From positions 73,810 through 137,809 of the forward strand of contig JAJYKS010000003.1 in assembly GCA_021788365.1 (NCBI GenBank): a stretch of DNA of 64,000 nt, in the 5' to 3' direction. The DNA comes from a bacterium. Its GTDB lineage: Bacteria; Patescibacteriota; Microgenomatia; UBA1400; UBA12108. Position 1 is the stretch's first letter. Each line of letters opens with the position of its first letter. The notes beneath the pieces were generated by a model. It saw only the letters and a program-made list of their open reading frames with translations, was not told the origin of the DNA and ran no database searches. Positions 47,708 through 56,975 of this stretch are shown here, one piece after another. The translations under genes were made by a program, and so were the position numbers.

Positions 47708-48502
47708 ATGTCTGAAACAAACTTAGTTGACGAGAAGCTGATACAAAATCCTGCTAAGAGCAAATTTGACAGTGTTTTGAGAAATATACAGGAACACCTT
47801 TTTGTTACTCCAGATAGTGTTGTATATCGGAACGTTATGAAGAATTGGCTTCAATCTACCAAAAATAAAGTTGGAGTTGATGATCTGGTATTTTTTCCTA
47901 CTGGGTCAGTGGCAGTGGGAATGGTTAGTATAGAAGCTGGAAGTGATATTGATGGAGTGGTTGTATACAGTTGTACTTCGGATAAAACTGACTCGGTTAG
48001 CACAGCTCTTGTAAACGTAGATTTACCAGAAGAATTTAATCCATTTTTGGTAATGTCTCGAGTAGAAAACAGGATTGAAGGTTTTTTTGAGCGAGTTGAT
48101 GATGTTCTTATGATGAATAGACCTAGCATGACAGATGAGATAGCGCTGCTGTTTGCTCCAAGCCTATCTGAGTTGAGTGATGAGGCAGAAAAGTCACTTG
48201 TTGATGGATGGAGAAAACAGGTTATCGCTAAACTTGCTTTGTTACCGGAAGGAAAAGGTGAGTTGGTGTGGGGCTTGATGTGTGGATGGCTTGAGAAGCA
48301 GTTTGTCCACTATGAGGAGAGTGATGGGGGCGACCAAGAGAAAAGAAAAATCCGAGTAGAGTCTGTGATTGACAAAAAGATTTCTGAAAGAATCTCAGAT
48401 GATGGTGAGCGAAGGGAGAGGGCAAAGACTTTTATTGATAGTCTTAGGAGTACTTTTCACTACCCGAGTTTTGATGAAATGGTACTAGCTTATTTCAACT
48501 AG
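47708..48502 (+). CDS. nucleotidyltransferase-fold protein (Pol-beta superfamily; minimal NTase/CD-NTase-like)
   Basis: 264 aa; TGSVAVGMVSIEAGSDIDGVVV matches hG[GS]-x(9-13)-DhDh including the GS-x3-G-x7-SDID spacing; acidic residues downstream; acidic C-terminal tail. Confidence 0.5.
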   Translation: MSETNLVDEKLIQNPAKSKFDSVLRNIQEHLFVTPDSVVYRNVMKNWLQSTKNKVGVDDLVFFPTGSVAVGMVSIEAGSDIDGVVVYSCTSDKTDSVSTALVNVDLPEEFNPFLVMSRVENRIEGFFERVDDVLMMNRPSMTDEIALLFAPSLSELSDEAEKSLVDGWRKQVIAKLALLPEGKGELVWGLMCGWLEKQFVHYEESDGGDQEKRKIRVESVIDKKISERISDDGERRERAKTFIDSLRSTFHYPSFDEMVLAYFN

Positions 48503-48540
48503 CTACATCAGACTGGTTTTGATGCCACGATTGCGTTCTG

Positions 48541-48565
48541 AATTGACTCTAGTACGGGGAGCAAG
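48541..48565. repeat. 25-bp direct repeat, copy B
   Basis: Same 25-mer as 47618-47642; lies 100 nt upstream of the next gene start. Confidence 0.6.
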
Positions 48566-48664
48566 GCGTCTGAGAACTTATAATCTCAAGGCGTAATTTG
48601 GTAAAAATGACCTAGGTAGGTCAGTCTTCAGAGGTCACTCGGATAAGCCCTATAGTTTGTTTAT

Positions 48665-48943
48665 GTGATATACTGCTCGGTTATGCCAGAGACATTTAAG
48701 TGTTTTACGCTGTGTCCATATTTTGAGTGGGTGAGTGAAGATGGGCGTTCTGCATTTGTCCGATGCAAGGCACTCCCAGGTGGAACCGAATTTGAGGTGA
48801 TACCGGCAGGCGACTCTGCACCGGAGTTTTTTGAGGGTGTTAGAGAAGGGAAAGATATGAAACTCCCATATCCCTGCCAGGTGGTGGAGCCAACATTGAT
48901 TACCACAATTGCTTTATATATTTCTAATAAGAACAAAGATTGA
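48665..48943 (+). CDS. hypothetical small protein (Cys-rich N-terminus)
   Basis: 92 aa; stop overlaps the start of the HTH gene (ATGA). Confidence 0.35.
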   Translation: MIYCSVMPETFKCFTLCPYFEWVSEDGRSAFVRCKALPGGTEFEVIPAGDSAPEFFEGVREGKDMKLPYPCQVVEPTLITTIALYISNKNKD

Positions 48944-49221
48944 TAGGCAGCAATATGACCTATTCACCTGAAGATGTTGCCGCGATGTATGAGACGATGA
49001 CCGGCGAGGAAATCGCTGCGCTTACTGGACTTGCTTTGCTGAAGGTGTATGAGTTGGCGCGTGAGGGTGGAGCTGATATTCGTCCCCGTGGTCACAGACC
49101 TGTTTTAGAGAGCCCGGGACTTGATGTGCTTCAAGAAATGCTTGCCAATGCTTCACAACGTGAAGTTGCAGAGCAGCTGGGTGTTAGCAAACGGACAGTC
49201 CAGAGGTGGCTGGGTAAGTAG
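48940..49221 (+). CDS. small helix-turn-helix DNA-binding protein
   Basis: 93 aa; C-terminal SQREVAEQLGVSKRTVQRWL HTH (resolvase/sigma-70 region 4-like). Confidence 0.5.
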   Translation: MIGSNMTYSPEDVAAMYETMTGEEIAALTGLALLKVYELAREGGADIRPRGHRPVLESPGLDVLQEMLANASQREVAEQLGVSKRTVQRWLGK

Positions 49222-49334
49222 GTTGTCGAGCGTCCGAGTAAGCTCGTGAACTGAGTGCAGCGTTTGATTTTGACATAACTAGGGAAGTTAATATTAGATA
49301 TGGTTAAGTAGAAGGTATCGAGGTGTGGAAACTT

Positions 49335-49366
49335 CAGTTGACATCCTAGTCTTATAGTATAATACA
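49335..49366 (+). promoter_or_regulatory. sigma70-like promoter TTGACA-N14/16-TATAAT upstream of 49368
   Basis: ttgacatcctagtcttatagtataatac read directly; spacing is slightly short. Confidence 0.4.
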
Positions 49367-49367
49367 C

Positions 49368-49736
49368 TTGATGAGTGAACATCTGAGTCAATTTGTCGAA
49401 ATTGTACATATTGATCGAGCAAGTGTTGCGACTGGAGAAGGCCTTGTAGAGCAGAACATTAGGCGACTGATAAGTGCTGGGATAGAAGTACACTTTGTGT
49501 CTCCTGACGTAGATCTAGCAGTTCCTGTTTATACGGCGATGCCAGACAAAGATGTGAGTATAGTTTTGGGAGGAAAATATTTTAGCAATGGTCCAACAAT
49601 GCATGGACATGATTGTGTCGACAGAAGGGCAGCAGCTTGGAAAACTTTGGGATACTGCGTAATAATAAATCCGGAGATTACAATGACGGATGCAGAGGCT
49701 CAGTGGACGAGGTCGGATCAGGAATTCTCTGACTAG
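49368..49736 (+). CDS. hypothetical protein
   Basis: 122 aa; no motif. Confidence 0.4.
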   Translation: MMSEHLSQFVEIVHIDRASVATGEGLVEQNIRRLISAGIEVHFVSPDVDLAVPVYTAMPDKDVSIVLGGKYFSNGPTMHGHDCVDRRAAAWKTLGYCVIINPEITMTDAEAQWTRSDQEFSD

Positions 49737-49902
49737 CGTGAGATGGTGATCGACGACTCTTGTGAGTGGGGGATTTGGAAATGATAATGTAGTCGGAACA
49801 AGCTAACTACTTTCCGAGTAGTTTGAACGTTCTCCACGATGGGGAACACTACCTTAGGTTTTCTTAGAGTTTCTACAGAATTAGGTAGTCAGTGAATGAT
49901 AA

Positions 49903-50115
49903 GAAGAATCAACAAATTTTACAATAGAAAAGGCGAGGGCACGGTGGGTGCTCTATTATGTGGACACGCCAATGGACAAGATGCGGGTCCGCACGGCACA
50001 GCGGACGATACACCCAGGTACTGACTCGTTCGAGATTAGTGAGGAACTGTTTGAGAGCTACGTGAAATATTGGGAGCCGCCCGCGGCGGACGAGCAGTAT
50101 ACGCTCGCCGCATAA
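49903..50115 (+). pseudogene. possible 3' fragment of a truncated P-loop kinase/ATPase-like gene (no start codon)
   Basis: In-frame reading ...IEKARARWVLYYVDTPMDKMRVRTAQRTIHPGTDSFEISEELFESYVKYWEPPAADEQYTLAA* with no Met and an in-frame stop at 49900; lies at the presumed right edge of the island. Confidence 0.25.
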
Positions 50116-50119
50116 ACGC

Positions 50120-51172
50120 TTACTTTTGCGGGAATGATTTCTTCATGTCGATTACATATCTTTTCGACATTTTTTTGCCAATGAGTGCGTCCCAGGCCTT
50201 ATTAATATCTTGGATTTGTATAACCTCAATTTCGGGGAGGATATTGTACTTGGCGCTGTAGTCTAGCATCTCCTGGGTTTCTTTGATGCCGCCTATGCCT
50301 GAGCCCGCGATGGATTTTTGGCCATTTATAACCATGCCCGAATGAAAGCCCGGCATTGGTTCTATGGGTCCTACCAGACAAAGCGTGCCGTGGACATTCA
50401 GGAGACTGAGATATGGTGTGACGTCGTGTCCTGACGGGATTGTGTCGAGAAGAAAGTCGAATGTATGCGCCGCGCGTGCTAAATCTTCCTTGGAGGTTGA
50501 GACGATGATCCCTTTTGCCCCGTACGCCTTTGCGGCCTTTTCTTTGGCCTTTGAGGAGGTTATGACCCAGACCTCGGCACCCATTTTCTTGGCGTATTTG
50601 ACTCCCATGTGTCCGAGTCCGCCAAGGCCGATAATGCCGACTTTCATGTTTTTCCCGATTTTCCAGTGCCGCAGAGGGGAGTAGGTCGTGATACCTGCGC
50701 AAAGTAGCGGTGCAGCTTGTGCCATATCCAGCGATTTGGGTAGATGTAGCACGAAATGCTCGGGTACCACTATCAGTGTCGAGTAGCCGCCTTTTGTATC
50801 CGTCCCATCGACGGGGTCTTTTGAGCTATATGTCCAGACAGTTTCATTGAAACAGCTGTTTTCGTACCCCTTTTTACAGGCTTCGCACGTTCCACAGCTC
50901 CCCACCATGCAGCCCACACCAACCCTATCACCGGGCTTGAAGTGCTTTACGGATTTGCCAACGCGCGTGACGATACCTACGATTTCGTGACCTGGCACAC
51001 ACGGGTACGCTACCTCTCCCCATTCACCTTTTGCCGTGTGGATGTCACTATGGCAGACGCCACAGTAGTGAATGTCGATTTCTACATCGGTGCTTTTGGG
51101 CTCGCGCCGCTCGAATTCGTAGTATTCGAGTGGCTTTTTTGACGAGGGAGCGGCGAACGACTTTGCTTTCAT
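50120..51172 (-). CDS. zinc-dependent alcohol dehydrogenase (cinnamyl-alcohol/YahK-like, NADP-dependent)
   Basis: 350 aa; GHEIVGIVTRVG, structural-zinc CxxCxxC...C cluster (CGTCEACKKGYENSC), GIIGLGGLGHMG Rossmann. Confidence 0.8.
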   Translation of the reverse strand: MKAKSFAAPSSKKPLEYYEFERREPKSTDVEIDIHYCGVCHSDIHTAKGEWGEVAYPCVPGHEIVGIVTRVGKSVKHFKPGDRVGVGCMVGSCGTCEACKKGYENSCFNETVWTYSSKDPVDGTDTKGGYSTLIVVPEHFVLHLPKSLDMAQAAPLLCAGITTYSPLRHWKIGKNMKVGIIGLGGLGHMGVKYAKKMGAEVWVITSSKAKEKAAKAYGAKGIIVSTSKEDLARAAHTFDFLLDTIPSGHDVTPYLSLLNVHGTLCLVGPIEPMPGFHSGMVINGQKSIAGSGIGGIKETQEMLDYSAKYNILPEIEVIQIQDINKAWDALIGKKMSKRYVIDMKKSFPQK

Positions 51173-51191
51173 AGGCTATATTGTACAGTAT

Positions 51192-51884
51192 ATGGCTATG
51201 GTGATACATAAATATTTTGGTATCGACGGCGCGGCAGAATCCACGGGAGTAACCGTTGTCATCGATATTTTTCGTGCCGCAACGACGGCAGCATATTTAC
51301 TCGGTAGAGGGGTGGATAAAGTATTGCCGGTTGCGACAAAAGAGGAAGCCTTCCTGTATAAGAAGCAGAATCCCGATTGTTTACTTGTGGGGGAGGAGCA
51401 CGGTATAAAAATTGAAGGATTTAATCTTGGGAATTCTCCGTACGAAGTTAGTAGCGCAAGCGGCTTGAAAGGGAAAATTGCAGTCCATAGGAGCTCGGCG
51501 GGGACACAGGGGGTGGTAAACGCTACAGGGGCGTCTGAAATTATATTTGGTAGCTTTGCCACCTGCAGTGCGGTTGCCGGCTATATAGAGGCAAGAAATC
51601 CGATGACTGTTTCGATTGTAGCGATGGATGGGGCGGGGAGCGAGGACGATCTGTACGCTGATTACTTGATCGCGAAGCTCACTAAAAAAGAGCCAAAACC
51701 CATTGAAGAGATTGTTGAGTTTATGCGGCATCACCCTGGGGGTTGGCGGTTCTTGGATCCCAATAATAGAGAATTTCCTGAGCAGGATTTTTACCTTTGC
51801 CTGTCACTGGACGCCTTCCATTTTGTACCTTTGTTGCGAGGGGGCTATCTTGAAAAGGTAGTACGCGTTGCGGATGACGGATAA
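51192..51884 (+). CDS. 2-phosphosulfolactate phosphatase (ComB) family protein
   Basis: VVIDIFRAATTAAY motif typical of the ComB family; 230 aa. Confidence 0.6.
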   Translation: MAMVIHKYFGIDGAAESTGVTVVIDIFRAATTAAYLLGRGVDKVLPVATKEEAFLYKKQNPDCLLVGEEHGIKIEGFNLGNSPYEVSSASGLKGKIAVHRSSAGTQGVVNATGASEIIFGSFATCSAVAGYIEARNPMTVSIVAMDGAGSEDDLYADYLIAKLTKKEPKPIEEIVEFMRHHPGGWRFLDPNNREFPEQDFYLCLSLDAFHFVPLLRGGYLEKVVRVADDG

Positions 51885-51909
51885 TACTTTTTATTGATAA
51901 AATTACGTT

Positions 51910-52212
51910 ATGGTTCGACAGATTTCGGGTGGTGTTGTGCATGAGTTGCCAGATGATTTGCGGGTGGCGCTTGCTGCCGACCCAGCGTCGCATGCTTTGT
52001 GGGAATCTCTGACTCCCTTGGCTCGCAATGAGTGGATCTGCTGGACAATGTTCCCCAAACGCGAAGCAACGAGGTCTCAGCATGTGGCGCGTGTCGTTAG
52101 CGAGCTTAAAGAGGGGATGCGGCGGCCCTGCTGCTGGATTGGGTGTATCCACCGAAAGGATAAAGAGATTAGTCCATCGGTGAAAGGAATTCTGGCTAGG
52201 CGAGCGAAGTAG
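51910..52212 (+). CDS. YdeI/OmpD-associated (OmdA) family protein
   Basis: 100 aa; LTPLARNEWICWT...KREATR pattern. Confidence 0.45.
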   Translation: MVRQISGGVVHELPDDLRVALAADPASHALWESLTPLARNEWICWTMFPKREATRSQHVARVVSELKEGMRRPCCWIGCIHRKDKEISPSVKGILARRAK

Positions 52213-52220
52213 TTGTGGTT

Positions 52221-53066
52221 TTAGTGCATGTTGCCGCGAGTCCCTTGGTTGACGTTCTCTTGGTTCATGAGACCGGCGTAGGGATTCTCGCGGAGCTGTA
52301 CGTAGCCCTCGAGCGGATTGCCATAGGGATAGCCGGGGGCGGGAGTGTGGACGAACTGTCCGTTATCGCACTGGTATCCGGCATTATCTGCCTGTTGTTT
52401 TGTCAGGATAAAGTCGCTCGGCTTGTAACCCATGGCAGCGTAGGGGGCAAAGGCTTCCGGTGTCATGTACTGGAAGATGGAAAGATAGACCATTCTACCC
52501 GTCACGAGTGGCGCTTCGTAGGCGATGTCCATACCGTCCATGGGGCCGATCGTGCCCACGAGCTCTCCCGACTTGACCTTGCTCCCCACGTGGAGCGAGG
52601 GGAGAAGATCGATGTGGAAGAGACGTACGTAAAAAGCGGGATTTTTGGCGGCGGCGATGTGGACCTGCGTCCCAATCGGCGTTTGCTCGGCAACATTTGC
52701 TGTAATCGTGCCGTCGAACGGCGCATACACATTTATGTTCGGGTGGCCGGGGGTGGGATGGGAGCGTACCGGCATGTTGTTTGCCGAGTTTTGACTCCAG
52801 TTAAAGTAGTTTTTCATGCTGCGGCACGTCTCGCCGTCCCAAGAGTTCATGGAATAGTCGTGGCCAGCGTCGGAGCGGAAGCGGGAGACGGCAAAGATCT
52901 GATCCAGCTGCACGGGGTTGGCGGTTATCGGGGGCACGTCCGTTGGGTTGAACGATAGGAGGGGGTGAAACGTGAAGTAGCCATATGTCCCCATGCCAAG
53001 CACACTGAGTACTATGGCACCGAGTATATACCTCCAGACATTTTTCTTTGCTACTGGTTTACTCAT
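52221..53066 (-). CDS. M23/LytM-domain peptidase-like protein with an N-terminal TM
   Basis: 281 aa; VYAPFDGTI...GTQVHI...YVRLFHIDL...VGSKVKSGELVGTIG follows the LytM topology, though the second His of HxH is replaced (HID), so it is possibly degenerate. Confidence 0.45.
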   Translation of the reverse strand: MSKPVAKKNVWRYILGAIVLSVLGMGTYGYFTFHPLLSFNPTDVPPITANPVQLDQIFAVSRFRSDAGHDYSMNSWDGETCRSMKNYFNWSQNSANNMPVRSHPTPGHPNINVYAPFDGTITANVAEQTPIGTQVHIAAAKNPAFYVRLFHIDLLPSLHVGSKVKSGELVGTIGPMDGMDIAYEAPLVTGRMVYLSIFQYMTPEAFAPYAAMGYKPSDFILTKQQADNAGYQCDNGQFVHTPAPGYPYGNPLEGYVQLRENPYAGLMNQENVNQGTRGNMH

Positions 53067-53096
53067 ACTACAACGGTACTGCTTTTATGGAAGAAG

Positions 53097-53690
53097 TCAA
53101 CGAGTCTGTTTGGTTTTGTGGGGTGGGGGGAATTTGAGGAGTGCGGGCCAATTGATTTTGCCGACTACAACGACAGCGGCAATCGTGAAGAGCGAGGCGA
53201 ATAGGCTCTTGCCGGCAAGACCGTGGGCCTTGAAAATAATGTCGAGGCTACTGACAAAGTGATACGTGGCTGTGGTCCAGAATGAGTAGCTTACTGTTTT
53301 GCCTATGATAAAGGCAAGTATGAGTACATCGAGACGTACATTTGATAGTCCAGCCATAATGAAAAGTGCATTGCTCGAAATGGGGGCGAAGGCGTATCCC
53401 AAGACGAGGGGTATGGTTATTTTTTGATTGTGCTCCAGGTAATGACCGAGATAGGCGTAGTTGGCGTAGAATTTCTTTGGGAGGAATGGACCTAACCAGT
53501 ACCGAGAAATAAGGGCGAGCGCGATGCGTCCAAACGTTGACCCTGCAACGCCAACCGCGACGGTTATGGGAAGGGGGAGGTGATAGGTTAGGTAGAAAAA
53601 AGAGACAACGGTCCAAGTGGGCGGCATAAATGCAGGGAAGGCGTTTATCGCAAATACGACGATGAAGAAAATGAGCAGTGTTGTGGGCAT
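53097..53690 (-). CDS. polytopic membrane protein (DedA/VTT-like, tentative)
   Basis: 197 aa; five to six hydrophobic helices; assignment weak. Confidence 0.35.
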   Translation of the reverse strand: MPTTLLIFFIVVFAINAFPAFMPPTWTVVSFFYLTYHLPLPITVAVGVAGSTFGRIALALISRYWLGPFLPKKFYANYAYLGHYLEHNQKITIPLVLGYAFAPISSNALFIMAGLSNVRLDVLILAFIIGKTVSYSFWTTATYHFVSSLDIIFKAHGLAGKSLFASLFTIAAVVVVGKINWPALLKFPPPHKTKQTR

Positions 53691-53698
53691 GGGATCGA

Positions 53699-54787
53699 TT
53701 ATACCGATAGGTGATGTTTAGTAGGCGTGAGTTTTAGGCGTTTGGCTGCTGCATCTAAGACTTGGCCAATCAGCATAGTAAAGTCCCACCCCGCCGCGCG
53801 AGCGGCTATCGTAAAGAATGACGATTCGGCTGGATCTGACATGAGGCCAGGGGGATGGTTGATTTCTAATACAAATGGCTTTCCGGCGGAGTCGAGACGA
53901 ATATCAAGTCTGCCGAAATCACGACAGCCAATCGCGTGGTAGGCACGGAGACTTATGTCTATTAACTCCTCTTCGAGTTTTTTCTCAATCTTTGCGGGGC
54001 AGAACTCGGTTTCTTCTGCCACGCCGGTTACCCCATACACAAACTTGGCTTCGTACGTATCGATTGCGGCGCTACCTTTGGGGAAAGCAGCGAAGTTAAT
54101 CTCGATAATCGGCAGGGTACGTGCTTCTCTTCCATTTCCGACGATACCGATCGTAAACTCTCGGCCAGGAAGAAATTGCTCCACAAGCGCGTCTTCGTGA
54201 TAGGTATCTAGAATGGTTGCGACGGCGTGATCCAACTCTTTTTGGTTGTGTACGATCGAGGTGTTGTGAATACCTACGCCGGATCCGTCGGCGTTTGGTT
54301 TTACGAGGAGTGGATAGGTGAGTCCGGGATCTAGCGTCACTTTTTTATGACTTATTAATTGGGAAGGGGTGACGGGGACACCTGCATATTTCCAGATTTG
54401 CTTGGTACGGAATTTGTTGAGAATGAGCGCTGAGGCAAGTGGACCGGGCCCGGTGTAGGGGATGCCGAGAATTTCGCAGAGCATGGGAACCTGTGCTTCC
54501 CTGTCTGCTCCCTGCATGTTTACGCCTTCAGTGTAGTTGAAGAGTAGATCGGTCGTCGCTTTTACTTCCTGGAGCTTTGTGTAGAAGTCAGCTTCTATCG
54601 GGAGGTAGTGTACGCTGTTCCCATTTGCCTCTATGGCATCTCCGATTGCCTTGATCGTTTTCCATTCGTCACCTTCGATATATCGCTCAAGCGACGGATC
54701 GTTCCGATCGATATTTGTTGGGCGGAGATTGTAGGCAAGTGTTATCTGCATGTAGGTAATAATAGGGTATGGTAGCGCATGCTGCAA
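53699..54787 (-). CDS. ddl: D-alanine--D-alanine ligase family (ATP-grasp)
   Basis: MLCEILGIPYTGPGPLASALILNK and LVKPNADGSGVGI ATP-grasp motifs; 362 aa. Confidence 0.7.
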   Translation of the reverse strand: MQHALPYPIITYMQITLAYNLRPTNIDRNDPSLERYIEGDEWKTIKAIGDAIEANGNSVHYLPIEADFYTKLQEVKATTDLLFNYTEGVNMQGADREAQVPMLCEILGIPYTGPGPLASALILNKFRTKQIWKYAGVPVTPSQLISHKKVTLDPGLTYPLLVKPNADGSGVGIHNTSIVHNQKELDHAVATILDTYHEDALVEQFLPGREFTIGIVGNGREARTLPIIEINFAAFPKGSAAIDTYEAKFVYGVTGVAEETEFCPAKIEKKLEEELIDISLRAYHAIGCRDFGRLDIRLDSAGKPFVLEINHPPGLMSDPAESSFFTIAARAAGWDFTMLIGQVLDAAAKRLKLTPTKHHLSV

Positions 54788-54949
54788 TTCATTTTGTCCT
54801 ATAACTTGTATTTAATCTTTGTGTGTGATAGACTTTGCTTCTTAGATAACACCGAATTTTTAGGTGCGAGATTTTGAACTAGAAGAGATCTGCTTAATTG
54901 CAGACAGGTTTGGGGTCTTTCCTAAAGGTTATTTGGTAGAAAGATAGAT

Positions 54950-56116
54950 ATGACGTATCCACGTCGACATTTTGGTCGCGGCCGCTCTGGTGGCCAACGC
55001 GCAAATAAAATTCGCTACATGCAGGTAGATCCGCGTATGCTGATCAAAAAGGCTGAGCCGCGTGAGGCACATGCCTACCTGCCGCAGCATACCTTTGCCG
55101 AGCTTGGTCTTGCCGAGATTCTTGCGGGGAATGTGGCGGCAAAAGGGTATACCACCCCCACCGCAATCCAGGACCAGATTATTCCCGCAATACTTACGGG
55201 TCGCGACGCCATGGGGCTTGCTGCAACGGGCACGGGTAAAACGGCGGCATTCTTGCTGCCAATTCTGACGAAACTACTTCGTGATCCTGGGCAAAAGGCA
55301 CTCATTATCACTCCGACTCGCGAGCTTGCTGCGCAGATTGTCGAGGAGGGTCGCGCGCTTTCCCGTACAGCTCGCCTGTATTTTGCAATCGTCATCGGTG
55401 GAATGAATATCAACCGGCAAATATCTGACTTGCGGCGACACCCGCAGATAGTCGTTGGTACACCAGGTCGCATCAAGGACTTGACGGAGCGCGGTGAACT
55501 GCGGCTTTCGGAATACGCGACGGTAGTTCTCGACGAAGTAGATCGTATGCTCGACATGGGTTTTGTTCATGATATAACCGAAATTGTGTCGCGTTTGCCC
55601 TCTGTGCGTCAGTCGCTTTTCTTTTCTGCCACTATGGGTGATAAAGCGCGCGCGGTTGCAGCAACCTTCTTACACGACCCAGTCGTCGTGCAAACAGAGT
55701 CGCAGCGGGCGAGTGACAATGTAGATCAGGATATTGTGAAACTAGAGGGACGGAACAAGATCGATGTTTTGCATGACCTGCTCATACAGCCTGGTTTTGA
55801 TAGAGTCCTTGTTTTTGGGCGTACGAAGCACGGCATGGAACGATTGTCTCGAACGCTCACCGAGCGGGGGTTTCGGACTGCGGCAATACACGGAAACAAA
55901 ACTCAGAGCCAAAGACAGCGGGCACTTTCCGCATTTAAAAATAGCGAAGTAAAAGTACTTCTCGCAACAGACGTGGCGGCGCGAGGAATAGATATCGACA
56001 GCGTGACGCACGTCATCAACTACGAGCTGCCAGAGACGTACGACGACTATATCCACCGCATCGGCCGCACCGGCCGGGCAGACAAAACGGGGGTAGCCCT
56101 CACGTTTATCGACTAA
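54950..56116 (+). CDS. DEAD-box ATP-dependent RNA helicase
   Basis: Motifs Q, I (AATGTGKT), Ia (PTRELAAQI), II (DEVDRM, a DEAD variant), III (SAT), VI (HRIGRTGRA). Confidence 0.85.
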   Translation: MTYPRRHFGRGRSGGQRANKIRYMQVDPRMLIKKAEPREAHAYLPQHTFAELGLAEILAGNVAAKGYTTPTAIQDQIIPAILTGRDAMGLAATGTGKTAAFLLPILTKLLRDPGQKALIITPTRELAAQIVEEGRALSRTARLYFAIVIGGMNINRQISDLRRHPQIVVGTPGRIKDLTERGELRLSEYATVVLDEVDRMLDMGFVHDITEIVSRLPSVRQSLFFSATMGDKARAVAATFLHDPVVVQTESQRASDNVDQDIVKLEGRNKIDVLHDLLIQPGFDRVLVFGRTKHGMERLSRTLTERGFRTAAIHGNKTQSQRQRALSAFKNSEVKVLLATDVAARGIDIDSVTHVINYELPETYDDYIHRIGRTGRADKTGVALTFID

Positions 56117-56427
56117 GACTCTTTTAATTCGAGTTTTTGGAACCAGCCGCGACGATACATCTCGAGGATAACGGCGTAGACGGCAATGTCTTTGACGTTG
56201 TCTTCGATGCTCTCATTTTCCGGTTTTTTGCTGGGGTCCATGAGCAAGTTTTTCAGCCGCTCGATTTTTTCTGCGAGGCGAAAGGTGATACCCAGCTCTT
56301 TAATGGAGAGGATATTGCCCTTGCCGTAGTCGTGATGTTTTTTGACGAATGTTTTGCCCATTTCGTCGCAAATCTGCATGAACGCTTCGTCCAAATATTG
56401 TGGGTCTTGCATACTGACTCCTTTCAA
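56113..56427 (-). CDS. hypothetical protein (small all-alpha; possibly DUF1599-like)
   Basis: 104 aa; KKHHDYGKGNI motif; weak. Confidence 0.35.
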   Translation of the reverse strand: MKGVSMQDPQYLDEAFMQICDEMGKTFVKKHHDYGKGNILSIKELGITFRLAEKIERLKNLLMDPSKKPENESIEDNVKDIAVYAVILEMYRRGWFQKLELKES

Positions 56428-56441
56428 TTCCTCCGTGCCAA

Positions 56442-56942
56442 TTATCTAGTGACGAGTTTTTGAGTAGCGGTGTTGTAGCACTCGGGGATAAGGGAAGTGG
56501 GGAAGGTGGGATAGGGGACAAGTGCGGTACAGTCAATTATCCCGTTGCCATCCCAGACGAGGTGCCAGGACCCCCCAGTTTTGGCGGCGAACCAGATGCC
56601 GCCGCCCGCGCCGGCGCTCGCCATACCCTTGGCGTAGTCGCTTGATAGGGTAGAGACGGTGATAGCCATACTGGCTGCGTCCGCGCCGTGCTCGGCTACG
56701 AGACCGGCTTTCACGGCGGCAACTAGCGTTCCCGTTTCGTCTACCGATGCGGCGGGCTTTGGTGAGGGAGTGGTAGCGGCAGCGCTATCTGCGGGCGCGG
56801 CGCTACGCACCGGATTTGTAGAGGGAATCGGCGCTGTACCGTGAGACGCGCCGAACGTGTAGGCCGCGTAGGCGACGGCGCCCATTACCATGAGAACAAG
56901 GGTAATTTTTCCGAAAACAGCAAAGAAGGTGTTACCGTTCAT
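56442..56942 (-). CDS. hypothetical secreted/anchored protein (N-terminal TM, Ala/Ser-rich linker)
   Basis: 166 aa. Confidence 0.4.
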   Translation of the reverse strand: MNGNTFFAVFGKITLVLMVMGAVAYAAYTFGASHGTAPIPSTNPVRSAAPADSAAATTPSPKPAASVDETGTLVAAVKAGLVAEHGADAASMAITVSTLSSDYAKGMASAGAGGGIWFAAKTGGSWHLVWDGNGIIDCTALVPYPTFPTSLIPECYNTATQKLVTR

Positions 56943-56975
56943 ACTACTAGCATAGCAAAGTGTGCAATGGGGGTG

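Larger units (their letters stand above)
38421..50115. mobile_element. integrated accessory element of about 11.7 kb at tRNA-Asn (serine-integrase island carrying Gabija-like genes and other cargo)
   Basis: tRNA-Asn is immediately followed by a serine integrase gene. The cargo is hypothetical/defence-like genes and small proteins. The region ends at a truncated gene fragment before housekeeping adh. No long direct repeat was found, which is expected for serine integrases. Confidence 0.55.

Noticed and set aside
52215-52958. 247-aa plus-strand ORF antisense to the M23-like gene
   Set aside because: Gly/Val/His-rich low-complexity translation fully inside the better-supported minus-strand gene.
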